Source: Azolla caroliniana (lineage: Eukaryota > Plantae > Polypodiophyta). Taken from it: a DNA stretch of 64,000 bases. The translations under genes and the position numbers were made by a program. Each line of letters starts with the position of its first letter. Within the stretch, counting starts at the first letter, position 1. The notes under the pieces were generated by a model. The model had not been told where the DNA came from and searched no databases. It worked only from the letters and a program-made list of their open reading frames with translations. The stretch is from the NCBI GenBank assembly GCA_043228905.1, contig JBHGNT010000013.1, forward strand, positions 15,934,001-15,998,000, given 5' to 3'. Of the stretch, positions 27,541 to 38,349 are shown piece by piece.

Positions 27541-29635
27541 GATTTGGGCGAACTGTTATAAATTGTACAGTTCGTCGTCCATCTTGGCTACGGATTTTCG
27601 CATAGGCAGAACCATTGTCGAGGACTTTGGTCTCCATCCGTACCGCTGTAATGTATGGTTGCCCCAGGATCATTGGATAGGTAGATCCTTCCTGCACAAA
27701 GAAATGTTGATCTACCTCTATATCACCAATAGTAACCTTTACATTTGGGCATGCACCAAATAAATCTTCCATGACTGATGTGGCAGCTTTTACTCGCCAA
27801 CCATGTTGAGTATCAATTGGCCATCTACCTTCCCTGTAAAAATCAACACTCATTATATTTATTTCAGAACTATGATCAATAAGTGCCATCACGGGGTCTG
27901 GAACATTTCCAATCTTCACATGATGCTCACTAGTGGCTCTTGCCCAACATGTGCGAGAGTAATGGCTTCTTATATCTGTTGAATTTATCATTGAGGTTGA
28001 TGCATGTTGAGAGTCAACAATGATATTGTTTGACTTGTTGCTCACCATTTCATATGCCACCTTCGGATTTGTCTCTTTAACCTGCTCATTTACTTGCTTC
28101 TTTCTTCGCACAATATCAATTATTTCATCATGAAATTCCTTTTTTGCAATACCTAACACTTCTCTTAGTGTAAATTCTACTCGACTGTCTAGTATTCTTG
28201 TTTCTAAAACTTTCTTTAAATCTGTATCTTTTTCAATATCAGACATTAATTTGAATGAAGGACTAGATTTAACTTTTTCGACCTTTGCGTCCATCTCTTT
28301 TCTTTTGCTTTCTCTTGTCTCATGCTTTTTTGTTGAGCCAATCTCATCATCCGGCCTTTTCCTTTTTTCTTCCACTGTCACCTCATGCTCTTGGTGTTCT
28401 GCCATCTGAGCATAGACTGTCATAGCATCTACTGGAACATCCCATCCACTGTTTTTCCTTACAGAATTTCTGGCAACACGAAGGTCTTCAATCTTCATCT
28501 TTTGCTTTTGTGCGGTACTTACAACCTTCTCCCAGAATGGTGATTGGGATGGCATGTCATCGAGGCGCATTCCTGTCGTTGCCGAGTAGTACATTGCGGA
28601 AGCCTTCTTTGCTTCAGCTTCTTCAAATTTAACCTTAACACCACCATCACCAAAGTACTTTGTAAGTGGACTTCTAGTTTCAGTTAAATAAATGTTACCA
28701 TTTTTCCAATACACCAAGTCTCGATTTTCCATGTCTTTATATTCCGCACAATCACGTAATCGATGTTCGAGATTATCACACCACATGCATCGAGGTCGAA
28801 ATGGTTCCCTTAACCTCAAAGTCTGACCATTCTCAAGCTTTGCCACTTTAATTGTTAGATCTTTCATACTTTGAACTAAATCATCAAGCAAAGACTCACT
28901 CTTAGTTTCGATCATTTCTCGTGGTTGATGGACCATTTCGTGTGATGGTTCTCGACCAAGTCTTTGAACTTCGATGTTTTGCTCAAGCCGATTTGTGATT
29001 CCCACATGTGGTATTTGTAGCATTGCACCATTCCTTTGCATTCTTTTCATAAATTTATTACCAACATTTGTTACCTCATTCCAATCTGCAGTTATACCAT
29101 CTTCAGTATTTGGTACTTCAAGCATGAATTCCAATTCTTTTCTATATCTCTTGTCAACTACCTGCAAAAATAAAGCAACCTTTTGCCAAGACAAAGAATT
29201 TCTTTCTTCTAGATTTAAGTGTCCATACATCCTATCAAACTCTTTTTTTGTGTCAGCCACAGATAACCCTTTATCTTCTATTAAGATCCATTCATGAAAT
29301 GAACGCATAGTAACTCGAGAGAAATCCTCACGAGCATATTCAAACACAAGTGCTTCTTTCAATGCATTCCAATCCAAACTATGCAATGCTTGTATTTCAC
29401 GAATTCTATCTCTTAATTCCATTTCCACTAATTTATAAAAGTTTGCTATCATATTGACATCATTTATACCAGACATTTCCATTTCATCATAATATATATT
29501 CACATACTTCGAAATATTTGTGCCATCAAACATACCAATCTTCTCTCGGACTTCTCGTAAGGCATGGAATAATCGATCTTGATTCAACTTTTCAATAAAC
29601 AACATTACCGGATCCATTGTACTCGTACTTGCCAT
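27461..29635 (-). CDS. Gag + aspartic protease ORF (724 aa) of the tRNA-Trp gypsy
   Basis: Open ORF starting just after the PBS. Knuckle CMWCDNLEHRLRDC, protease-like ALIDHSSEINIMS and ILGQPY. Confidence 0.85.
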   Translation of the reverse strand: MASTSTMDPVMLFIEKLNQDRLFHALREVREKIGMFDGTNISKYVNIYYDEMEMSGINDVNMIANFYKLVEMELRDRIREIQALHSLDWNALKEALVFEYAREDFSRVTMRSFHEWILIEDKGLSVADTKKEFDRMYGHLNLEERNSLSWQKVALFLQVVDKRYRKELEFMLEVPNTEDGITADWNEVTNVGNKFMKRMQRNGAMLQIPHVGITNRLEQNIEVQRLGREPSHEMVHQPREMIETKSESLLDDLVQSMKDLTIKVAKLENGQTLRLREPFRPRCMWCDNLEHRLRDCAEYKDMENRDLVYWKNGNIYLTETRSPLTKYFGDGGVKVKFEEAEAKKASAMYYSATTGMRLDDMPSQSPFWEKVVSTAQKQKMKIEDLRVARNSVRKNSGWDVPVDAMTVYAQMAEHQEHEVTVEEKRKRPDDEIGSTKKHETRESKRKEMDAKVEKVKSSPSFKLMSDIEKDTDLKKVLETRILDSRVEFTLREVLGIAKKEFHDEIIDIVRRKKQVNEQVKETNPKVAYEMVSNKSNNIIVDSQHASTSMINSTDIRSHYSRTCWARATSEHHVKIGNVPDPVMALIDHSSEINIMSVDFYREGRWPIDTQHGWRVKAATSVMEDLFGACPNVKVTIGDIEVDQHFFVQEGSTYPMILGQPYITAVRMETKVLDNGSAYAKIRSQDGRRTVQFITVRPNHERNKQELRDHSIPKDCDDFDNKVFD

Positions 29636-31396
29636 GTTGATGTTGATCTTTACTTTAGATGTCTCTTCTACTTCTCCATTTCACGTCGGGTTCACCAGAT
29701 TGTGTCGTGGCGTGGCTTGCCTAGAAGCGTAACGTTGCGTAGAAAAAAGATATCGTGGAAGTGAGGAAGGAATCACTGGGATTATGGACGGAAGAGACGA
29801 AAGAGTAGAGATAGAGGAAATAGAAATCAACAAGATATGACAAGATAGGATATTGAATGATATTTGAAGGAATAAAAGAGATTTATAATTATTTGATGAA
29901 AGAGTTACAAAAGTGGTTGTAAGCGTCGTTGATCCTTCGAACTTGGTCTCACAAGATAATCGCTCTTCTCTTTCTTGATAGTAGGCCACACCAATCTTCA
30001 CTTCAATATTTTGATGAAGATAAGGCTCGAACCGCCTCCCTCTTGTTGAGAGTTTACCACCACGATCACCAAGCTAGAGCTCCACCTTTATGTTGAACTT
30101 CTTCGTTTCTTTTTCTATTTTATGGTATCTCTTATGTAATATATATTTGATTGATATCTCATACTTCTCCCCCTTTGATCTTCTCTTTCACCATTTAAAT
30201 AGGTGCCCCCATGCATATGATGCATTGGAGGGTACAAGTCATGCATGTGATGCATGATCGCCATCTTGCTCATTTGAACTTTCATGTATGAAAAAATATA
30301 TGGCATAACAATAAACATGAAAATATAATTTTAAAAACAAAGGACTTAGCCTAATGGTAGGTGTGTTGACTTTGGTATATGAGGTTGTGGGTTTGAGTCT
30401 CTCAAATATTATTGAATACAACATGTAACGTCGTTTTTATATCATGAAGCAAATCCTTTATTATATATATATTATTAGTATAGAGTAAATAGTAAGATTT
30501 GAAAGTCATAGGGTGGATTTATTGGTTCAAGTCCTCTCTTGTTCGTGTAATATAATATATTTATCTATATATATATATATTATTTTTCTTTACATATATA
30601 TAATATTGTCATATGTGTTGTTAATATTATCTTTATATATAAAACATTATCAAATGTTATTTTAGTTACGTATTTATCTTATTGTAGACTTTTAATGTGA
30701 AGCTTTCGTACTTCACAACACCATGTAGAATATACCGTACAATATTTCTAGTATATACTAACGACTAGAATATTCTGATTTTGAAGTGTACTATATGATA
30801 GACTATAGAATACTAAACCAATATATACAAATGCATGGTAATATCAAAATGGTTGAGAATGATATCTTGTTGATGTGAGGTTGTAGGTTTCATGTCACTA
30901 CACCAACTATATATTTCATGTCACTGTGTCATGACAACAGGACGTTTGACCACCTTCAGTGCATGCATTGAATCTTGCGATATGTGAGCGGCACGAAGGA
31001 TAGAGGGTTGTTGTATCAAGCAGGTGTAGCTAGACATCTTCTCGGCTACACGGATGCCGACTTGACCGAAAATGCAGGAGATCGCAAGTCAACATCCAGA
31101 TTTGTGTTTTCATTGGGATGCGCCTTGATTGCTTGAAGCAAGAAAAAACCGTTGATAGTGGCACTGTTGAGCACCAAGGCTGAATATCGTGGAGTGGTTG
31201 TCGCAACATGCAAAGCCATCTAGCTCAAATGGCTATTGAGGGATCTGCAAGTGGAGGTATTTGAGCCAACAGTCATATACTGTGACAACGTCAACATCAT
31301 CTGACTCTCTAAAAACCCTGTCTTCCACACCCGGATGAAGCACATTGAGGTGCAATATCATTTCATCCGCGAGTGAGTCCTCTTCGGTGAAGTCTA

Positions 31397-34300
31397 TTGA
31401 GAATCAAACTCAACTTCCCTAGTGTGGGAACACACCCTAGTGTGTGAACACCCCACCACCTACTATAGTAGCTAGTGTGTCATAGAATCTTATAGTTCTA
31501 TGACACATATTCAGTGTAGTTAAGTCTCCACCTCCCCTTAGTTAAGATATGGTTGTAGAAAGAGAATATAGAGAGAAGTCTCCACCTCCCATCTTGTTTG
31601 TAACTGTTGTTCATTCTTGTATTCCTCCCCTTTTTTGATAATATAGTTTTTACTTGCATTCTGTATACGTCGAGCTCTCTCTCTCTCTCTCTCATGCACA
31701 TATATCTCTTCCGCTGCACATAATCACTCCCGTTCCTTTACATGGTACCACAACGATTGGTAGTTTGATCTAAGTCTATTCACGTGTGTTGTGTTAAAGC
31801 CTACGTTCACAAAGAACTAGCCAATTGTTGTAGCAGCCTCTACACAATCCATATCATAGAGAAGAGTCAACATGAACACCCAAACGGGAAGTGCTCTTCC
31901 TACCGAAAAGCTCGATAGAAACAACTTTTCATCTTGGGAGTACAAGATGCACCAATACCTTGTCAGACAAGGCTATTGAGGCTACATGGAAGGAGCGCAA
32001 GAAACGCAACCCAACCTCACACACACCAACTACACAACCTGGGAGCAGGTTGCGAGCCATGTGTTGTACTGCCTTGCATCGTGTGTACATGATCACATGC
32101 TCAGCTACATTCGAGAAGCAAAAATGCTAAAGGAGGCGTGGGGAAACCTCAAGAAAACATTTGCGGCCAATACAACTGCTTGCAAACTTCAACTCCAGCA
32201 GGAGTTGAACAATATTCAACAGAGGGACATGTCAATCGGTAGCTACACCTTGAAGATCAAGGAGTTGTGCGATGCCCTCGGATCGATCAATGTCAACATT
32301 GCCTCGAAGGCTTGGCACCTCGATTCGTGACAATAAGGTTAGTTGTTCTCTTAAGAGAGAATACTCCCTCCTTCTTCGATCTTTAGTCAATGTTACTAGT
32401 CGAAGAGAATCACGTTCGAGTGAGGAGCAATGTGCAAGAGGGACACATGCTCAATTCAAACTCAGATGGAGGAAGAGGGCGGTTGTGGCAAAAGAGGCCG
32501 ATTCAACCAAGGGTGACACAATCAAGGTCAGTCCCATGAGCACAACTTCTACTATTGGCAAGAAGCCACAAACTCACGAGGCGGAGCCTTAAGTAGAAGG
32601 GGGAGCAATCATGTTGGACCCAACCAACTGAACAATTCCATTCAATGTGGATATTGTGGCAAATTCGGCCACTACGAGACAACACTCATGAGCCGACAAC
32701 TCACTAATTACGCCTCAAATTCTGACTACGAGGATCGTGGCAAAATGGTCATGATGCGACACAAAGCTAACTTGATGACGGAATCATGCTTGACCAACAC
32801 CTCCAGTTCCGAAGATGTTTGGTTTGTCGATTCAGGTGCGTCAAATCACATGACATCTCATGCAAAACTCTGAACACCAGATCGACCCGGCTATGTTGAA
32901 ACCGGGGATGACACAATACGCCCCATTCAACATATCAACAATGTCCCATTCGATGAAGAAGGGAATCAGACCTACATCAAAAATGTCTTGCATGTTCCGA
33001 CAATAACGAAGAATCTAGTCTCAGATCGTGGAACAAGGCATGCAAGTCCGCTTCAATGATGACCGAATTATCGCTCACAGTCGAGATCATCAACTCTCAC
33101 GAGATGAAATCGAGTATGTATGCTAGGGGCCGGAAAGACAACATCGACAAAGAGTTGTGGCACAAACAAATTGGCCGCATCAATCTCCAAAAACTTAAAG
33201 GGATGCAATCGAAAGGAGTCGTCATCGAACTCCCGACTTTTAACGAGAAGGAGATGGCAAGTGTATGTGAAGCCTGTCAATTCAGCAAACAACATTGACA
33301 ACCGTTCCCGAAAGAGAGGAATGTGAGCAAAGGGACCCTAGATGTAGTTCATTCAGATGAATGGGGACCGGCCCAGACAACAACGTTGTCGGGGTAGTTG
33401 TGGTTCGTGCGGCGAAGTCACAGGGACTAAGGTTTAAGGGGAGTTGAAGAAACTTTTATAAAGCTTGCGCACAAATGTTAGGAAGATTAAGGATAAGAAG
33501 AATAAGATTTAAAAGTATTGTGTGACAAGGAGACGAGCATAGATTAGAGACAAAGACCATATATGACTTAAGAAGCAAGAGTATATGATATTAACATGAT
33601 TTATATTAAGAATATACAATTTTACCACAGTTTCAGGATAGCAAGAATAAAAGTTGAAAGTAATGTACGAGAGAGAGACTAACAAGGATGAGAGATAGAG
33701 ACAATGTATGATTGAAGAGGTAAGAAAATATGATAAGAATATGTATTATATTAAAAACCCAAGATTTTACCAAAGTTACAATGTCGATCACAAGATCTGA
33801 CTTTTCTTTTGCTGAACTGTAGATTTGAACCCTTGACTCCAACATCGAAACACAAGCCTCTTCCCAAATGATCTAACTTATTTGTTTAATCATATTATTT
33901 TTCTAACTTTCTCTTCTTGATTGATTCCCCTTTTGTTTTCCTTTCCCCTCTTTTTATAAGTATTGCCATGCATATGGTAATGTGTAGGAGCATGTGATGC
34001 ATGAGTTACATGTGATGCATGATCGCCATTTGGCGCACATGCATTGCATGTGATGCATGATAGCCATCATGCTCATTTGAGCTCCCATGTATGAAAATAT
34101 ATATGGGATAACTATAATGATGGATATAATCTTAAAACAAATAACCTAGCTTAGTGGTGTATGCTTTGTGCTTGATATACAAGGTTGAGGGTTCAAGTCC
34201 CTCAATTTTACTTAATACAATATTTAAGTTTATACTTATATAGTGAAGCACATTAACATTTTTAAAAACAAATAGCCTACCCTAGTGGTATATACATTGT

Positions 34301-35406
34301 GCTTGGTTTATAAGGTTGTGGGTTCAAGTGTTTGAAATATTACTAAATTCGATATTTAAATTTATTTTTATATCGTGAAGCAAATCCTTCACGACAACGT
34401 TCAGTGGTTGTCGTTACTATGTGACGTTCATAGACGACTACTCCCGATATACCTGGATTTACCCTATGTGGAAAAAGATCGAAGTGTTCGGACACTTCCA
34501 AAAGTTCAAGAATGAAGTCGAAAAGGCAATTGGTCGGCATGTTTGATCCCTTTGATCGGATGGGGACAAGGAATATTTCTCGGACGAATTTACAACGTAC
34601 CTTCGAAAGGAAGGAATTCGCCAAGAATCCTCGTGCTGACACACACCTCAACAAAACGAAGTAGCCGAACGTAAAAAACGGCATATACTGGAGGTGGCGA
34701 GAGCAATTATGAACGAAAAGAACCTGGCAAAACCGTATTGGGCAAAAGTGGCGAACACAGCCGTGTATCTAATGAACCAGTGCACAACATCTAGAGTGCA
34801 TGATATCCCCCCCCACGAAAAGATCTATGGAAAGAAGCTGAACTTGTCCCACGTCCGGATATTCGGCTTGATCAATTTCGTACACATTCCCGATGGAGAA
34901 TGGCAAAAGCCGGATCCAAAATCGGAGAAGTGTATCCTTGTGGGGTATTCGCTCGAACAAAAGGGGTATACAAGTGAGTAGGGGTGTTGTATTTGACGAA
35001 TCAGCATCCTTGTATTCGGTCAACTTGACTCCATCCAATCATCCAATCGAAACTGATTTCGATATAGACTCGGAGGAGGGAAACGACTAAGGCTCGCTCA
35101 CATCTGAAGGGAGTCCTGTCTCAACGAGATTGAGTGGACCAAAAGAGCCTCTGAGTGACCAAAGCACGCCGCGGCCGAGTCCAAAGATGGACAAAGGGAA
35201 GGCCAAAATGCCTGAGTATGAAGAATCAATGGGAATCGAATCTGAACACTCACCCAATAGTGAGTTTAGTGGTTTAGATTTGCCGGTCATACCAAGAGCT
35301 GAGAAAGTGCACATGAAGACCAATGAACCATTGCGTCGCTCCACCCGAGAAAAGAATGCAGTCAGCCGATTCACCTACATTGACTATATGGCCTATCATT
35401 ATGCCT
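31397..35406 (+). mobile_element. Degenerate copia (LTR 31397-31742, PBS-like tggtacca, gag-PR-IN), truncated before RT
   Basis: AWGNLKKTFA..KLQLQQELNNIQQ, WFVDSGASNHMT, LWHKQIG..CEACQ and integrase pieces, with many stops. Confidence 0.8.
33387..34396 (-). mobile_element. Solo LTR of the tRNA-Trp gypsy lineage with a perfect 4-bp TSD ACGT
   Basis: tgtcgggg...cttcacgaca flanked by acgt at 33383-33386 and 34397-34400. Removing it restores the host frame QTTTFSGCRYY (cf. QMAIFRGCRYY at ~37290). Shares catgtgatgcatgatcgccat and tgaagcaaatcctt with the 29703 LTR. Confidence 0.88.
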
Positions 35407-35593
35407 TGTTGAGAATCGAACTAAACTTCCCATAGAGATAGTGTTCACACTAGCCAATGGACATCATACTAGGCTAGTTTTGTAATTAGTAGAAAGGGCA
35501 GTTGCCCTAGACCAGTTGGTATTTAAACCAACTCTTTGTAACTTAGTTACTATTGGATGTAATATTTTTTTCCTTGAATACAACTTCTTGTTC

Positions 35594-35635
<42 letters not shown>

Positions 35636-38208
35636 ATCTTACATACACATACACACAGAGCTCACTTCTGTTGCACAACACCACCTACGTCTCTCATTTT
35701 TTTACATGGTATTCGAGTGTGTGGTTTTCTGATCAAACTCGCTCAACTATGCTATAATCACACCGACGACACCGACGATCAAAAGAACCCTTCCTACAGA
35801 GAAGCTTGATAGAACAAACTTCGCATCTTGGGAGTACAAGATGCATCAGTACCTTGTCGGACAACGTTACTGGAGCTATATAGAGGGAGCTCACGAAAGG
35901 CAACGCAACCCAACACACGCCGACTACCCAGCATGGGAGCATGCCGCAAGCCATGTGTTCTATTGCCTTGCATCATGCGTTCATGATCACATGCTCAGCT
36001 ATATTCAAGAGTCGAAAACACCGAAAGAAGCTTGGGGCAATCTCAAGAAGATTTTTGCAGCCAAGTGCACCTAAGCTCCAACTCCAACAAGAGTTAAACA
36101 ACATACAACAGAGGGACTGTGTGATGCCCTCATCATCGACGATGACAAAATGGTGCGAATATGCCTCGGCGGCTTAGCACCTCGATTTGATGCGATTAGA
36201 TCAGCCATTCTCGCAAGGGAGAACCCTCCTTCCTTTTTCGACCTTCAATCTATACTATTGGTGGAGGAAAATCATGCCCGACAAAGGAGTAATGCACCAA
36301 ACGGTCAAGTGCTCTATTCCCAGTTGGATGATAGAAGAGCATCCACCTGAGGAAATAGAGGTTGATTCAGTCGAGGGTTACAGGGTTAGTTGACCCGAGA
36401 ATGCAACTCCCACCAATGGCAAGACGATAGGAACAATTCCAAGGAATTCAGCAGAAGGGAGAGCCATCCGACCGGACCGAGCCATCGCAACAACCTGATC
36501 GAATGTGCATATTGTCGAAAGAAGCAACGAGAGTTGGCTTCAACCAATCGATAACTCACGAACTATGCCACGAATTCCGATTATGACGATCATGGCGGGA
36601 TGTTCGTAATGAGGCATAAAGCACATTCGATGGAGGCATAGGGCCCTACCAACACCTCATCCTTAGAAAATGTATGGTTTGTAGACTCTGGAGCATCCAA
36701 TCACATGACGTCTCACGAAGATTGGTTCCGAGAGTTGAGCAAGCTCGATCGACCCGACTATGTAGAAACCGGAGATGACACGAATCACTCGATTCAACAT
36801 ATCAAAAATGTCCCATTTGGGAATGATGGCAAACAAACCTACCTAAAGAATGTCTTGCATGTTCCAACCATCATGAAAAACCTGGTCTTGGTCGACCAAA
36901 TTGTCGAACAAGGTATGCAAGTACAATTCAACAATGAAGGGTGCTTCATCGAGAATGAAGGCTGATTAGTCTCTTACAGTCGAAGAGAAGGCCAAATGTT
37001 CATCCTCGAATCGAGCGAGGTGAAATCGGCTATGTTTGCGAAAGGCCTCAAAGTCGAAACCGACTTAAAATTGTGGCAGAAGAGAATCGGTCATATCAAT
37101 CTCCAGAAGCTCTAGAACATGCAGTCGAAAGTAGTCGTCTTCGGACTCCAGACCATACCAAGAAGGAGATTACGGACTTATGCGAGGAATACCAATTCGG
37201 AAAACAACACTAACAACCATTCCCAAAAGAGAGGAATGTGAGCAAAGGGATCCTGGATGTAGTACATTCAGATGTGTGGGGACTAGCCCAGATGGCAATA
37301 TTCCGTGGTTGCCGATATTATGTCACGATCATCAACGACTTCTCGAGACATACCTGGATCTATCCTATGCAGCAGAAGAGCGAAGTGTTCGAACAATTCC
37401 AAAAATTCAAAATTGAAGTCGAAAAGGCAATAGGTCGGCATGTTCGATGCCTTTGATCGGATGGAGGCAAGGATTATTTCTCAGACAAATTTATGGCGTA
37501 TCTCCGAAAGGAAGGAATTCTCATGCTGACACACACCTTAGCAAAATGAACTAGCCGAATGAAAAAATCGGCACATAGTAGAGGTGGCACGGGCCATGAT
37601 GAACGAGAAGAGCCTGCTGAAATCGTACTGTGCAGAAGCAGCTAACACAACCGTCTAGCTCATGAACAGATGTACAACCTCTGGGGGTACACGATGTAAC
37701 CCATCATGAGAAATTTTTCGGAAAGAAGTCGATCTATCACATATCTGGATATTTGGCTCGATCACCTACGTGCATATTCCCGACGAGAAGCAACAAAAGC
37801 TCGACCAAAGTCAGAGAAATGTATCCTCATACGATACTCACTTGAACATAAGGGGTACAAATGTTACAAGCCATCTGCCCAAAAAGTTAGGGTGAGTCGA
37901 GATGTCGTTTTCGATGAGTCAACATCCTGGTACAAACCAAAGACGATTTCGATTTCAACTCTAGTTGAGCCAGAATTGACCGAACAAGAGATAGAAGACG
38001 AACTTCGACTAGGGCACATGTTCGAAGAAAGTCCGATTACGATAAGGCTGAGCGGACCACTAAAACCCCAGAGTGACCAAAGCACATCTCGACAAGTTCG
38101 GGGTTAGAAGGAAAGGCCAAGATGCCGAAATATGAAGATTTGATTGACAACGAGTCAACTCACTCCCTTGATAGTGAGTTCGAAGGCTTGGACATCCCAA
38201 TCATCCAG
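35407..38208 (+). mobile_element. Second degenerate copia related to the 31397 element (LTR 35407-35706, PBS-like tggtattcgag)
   Basis: The LTR starts tgttgagaatcgaact, like 31397. Gag, protease (WFVDSGASNHMTS) and integrase pieces are collinear with the 31397 element. Confidence 0.8.
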
Positions 38209-38345
38209 TGTCATGGAGGATTCTGGCCATAAGGAGAAAAGGGAGCTAGACGCGCATGAACGGGGGTGTGCACGGATGCACACGAGATCGTTCGGATGTA
38301 CCAATATGTGTAAATATTATAGTGTTAGGTTTTAAGTGTTGATGA
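38209..38345 (+). mobile_element. Truncated LTR 5' end related to the 40011 LTR
   Basis: tgtcatggaggattctggccat...ggtgtgcacggatgcacac resembles tgtcgtgaagattccaggccat...ggtgtgcacgagtgcacac at 40011. Confidence 0.55.
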
Positions 38346-38349
38346 GTAC

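Larger units (their letters stand above)
23089..30720 (-). mobile_element. Non-chromoviral Ty3/gypsy element with a tRNA-Trp PBS and a 4-bp TSD
   Basis: 5' LTR 29703-30720 and 3' LTR 23089-24015, which lacks ~97 bp of its inner end and the PPT. PBS ttcacgtcgggttcacca 29680-29697. TSD ccgt (23085-23088) / ccat (30721-30724). Domain order gag-PR, RT, RH, IN. Confidence 0.9.
22820..30936. mobile_element. Solo LTR (~480 bp: 22820-23088 + 30725-30936) with a 5-bp TSD, interrupted by the tRNA-Trp gypsy
   Basis: Termini tgtcactgacac / gtgtcatgaca. TSD acagg at 22815-22819 and 30937-30941. The joined sequence is collinear with 2372-2870. Confidence 0.8.
9610..31395 (+). pseudogene. Oldest host copia RT/RNase H, split into three pieces (9610-9897, 22658-22819, 30937-31395)
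   Basis: The pieces read in order WVYKVKYN..YKARLVAK..IDYDETFA / RQIVESLIYLTITRP..VSQFM / GYTDAD..RKSTS..AEYR..IYCDN..NPVFHTRMKHIEVQYHFIRE, with stops. The RT core between the first two pieces is missing. Confidence 0.7.

Noticed and set aside
23148-30424. Duplicated ORFs MKIGVAYYQER.. and M..HHMHDLYPPMHH.. (23148/29681, 23501/30115)
   Set aside because: They are duplicated only because they lie in the two LTRs. Low complexity with no domain signal.
34144-34205. Possible functional tRNA gene
   Set aside because: A/B boxes and a T-arm are present, but there is no convincing acceptor or anticodon stem. Treated as a tRNA-derived cassette.
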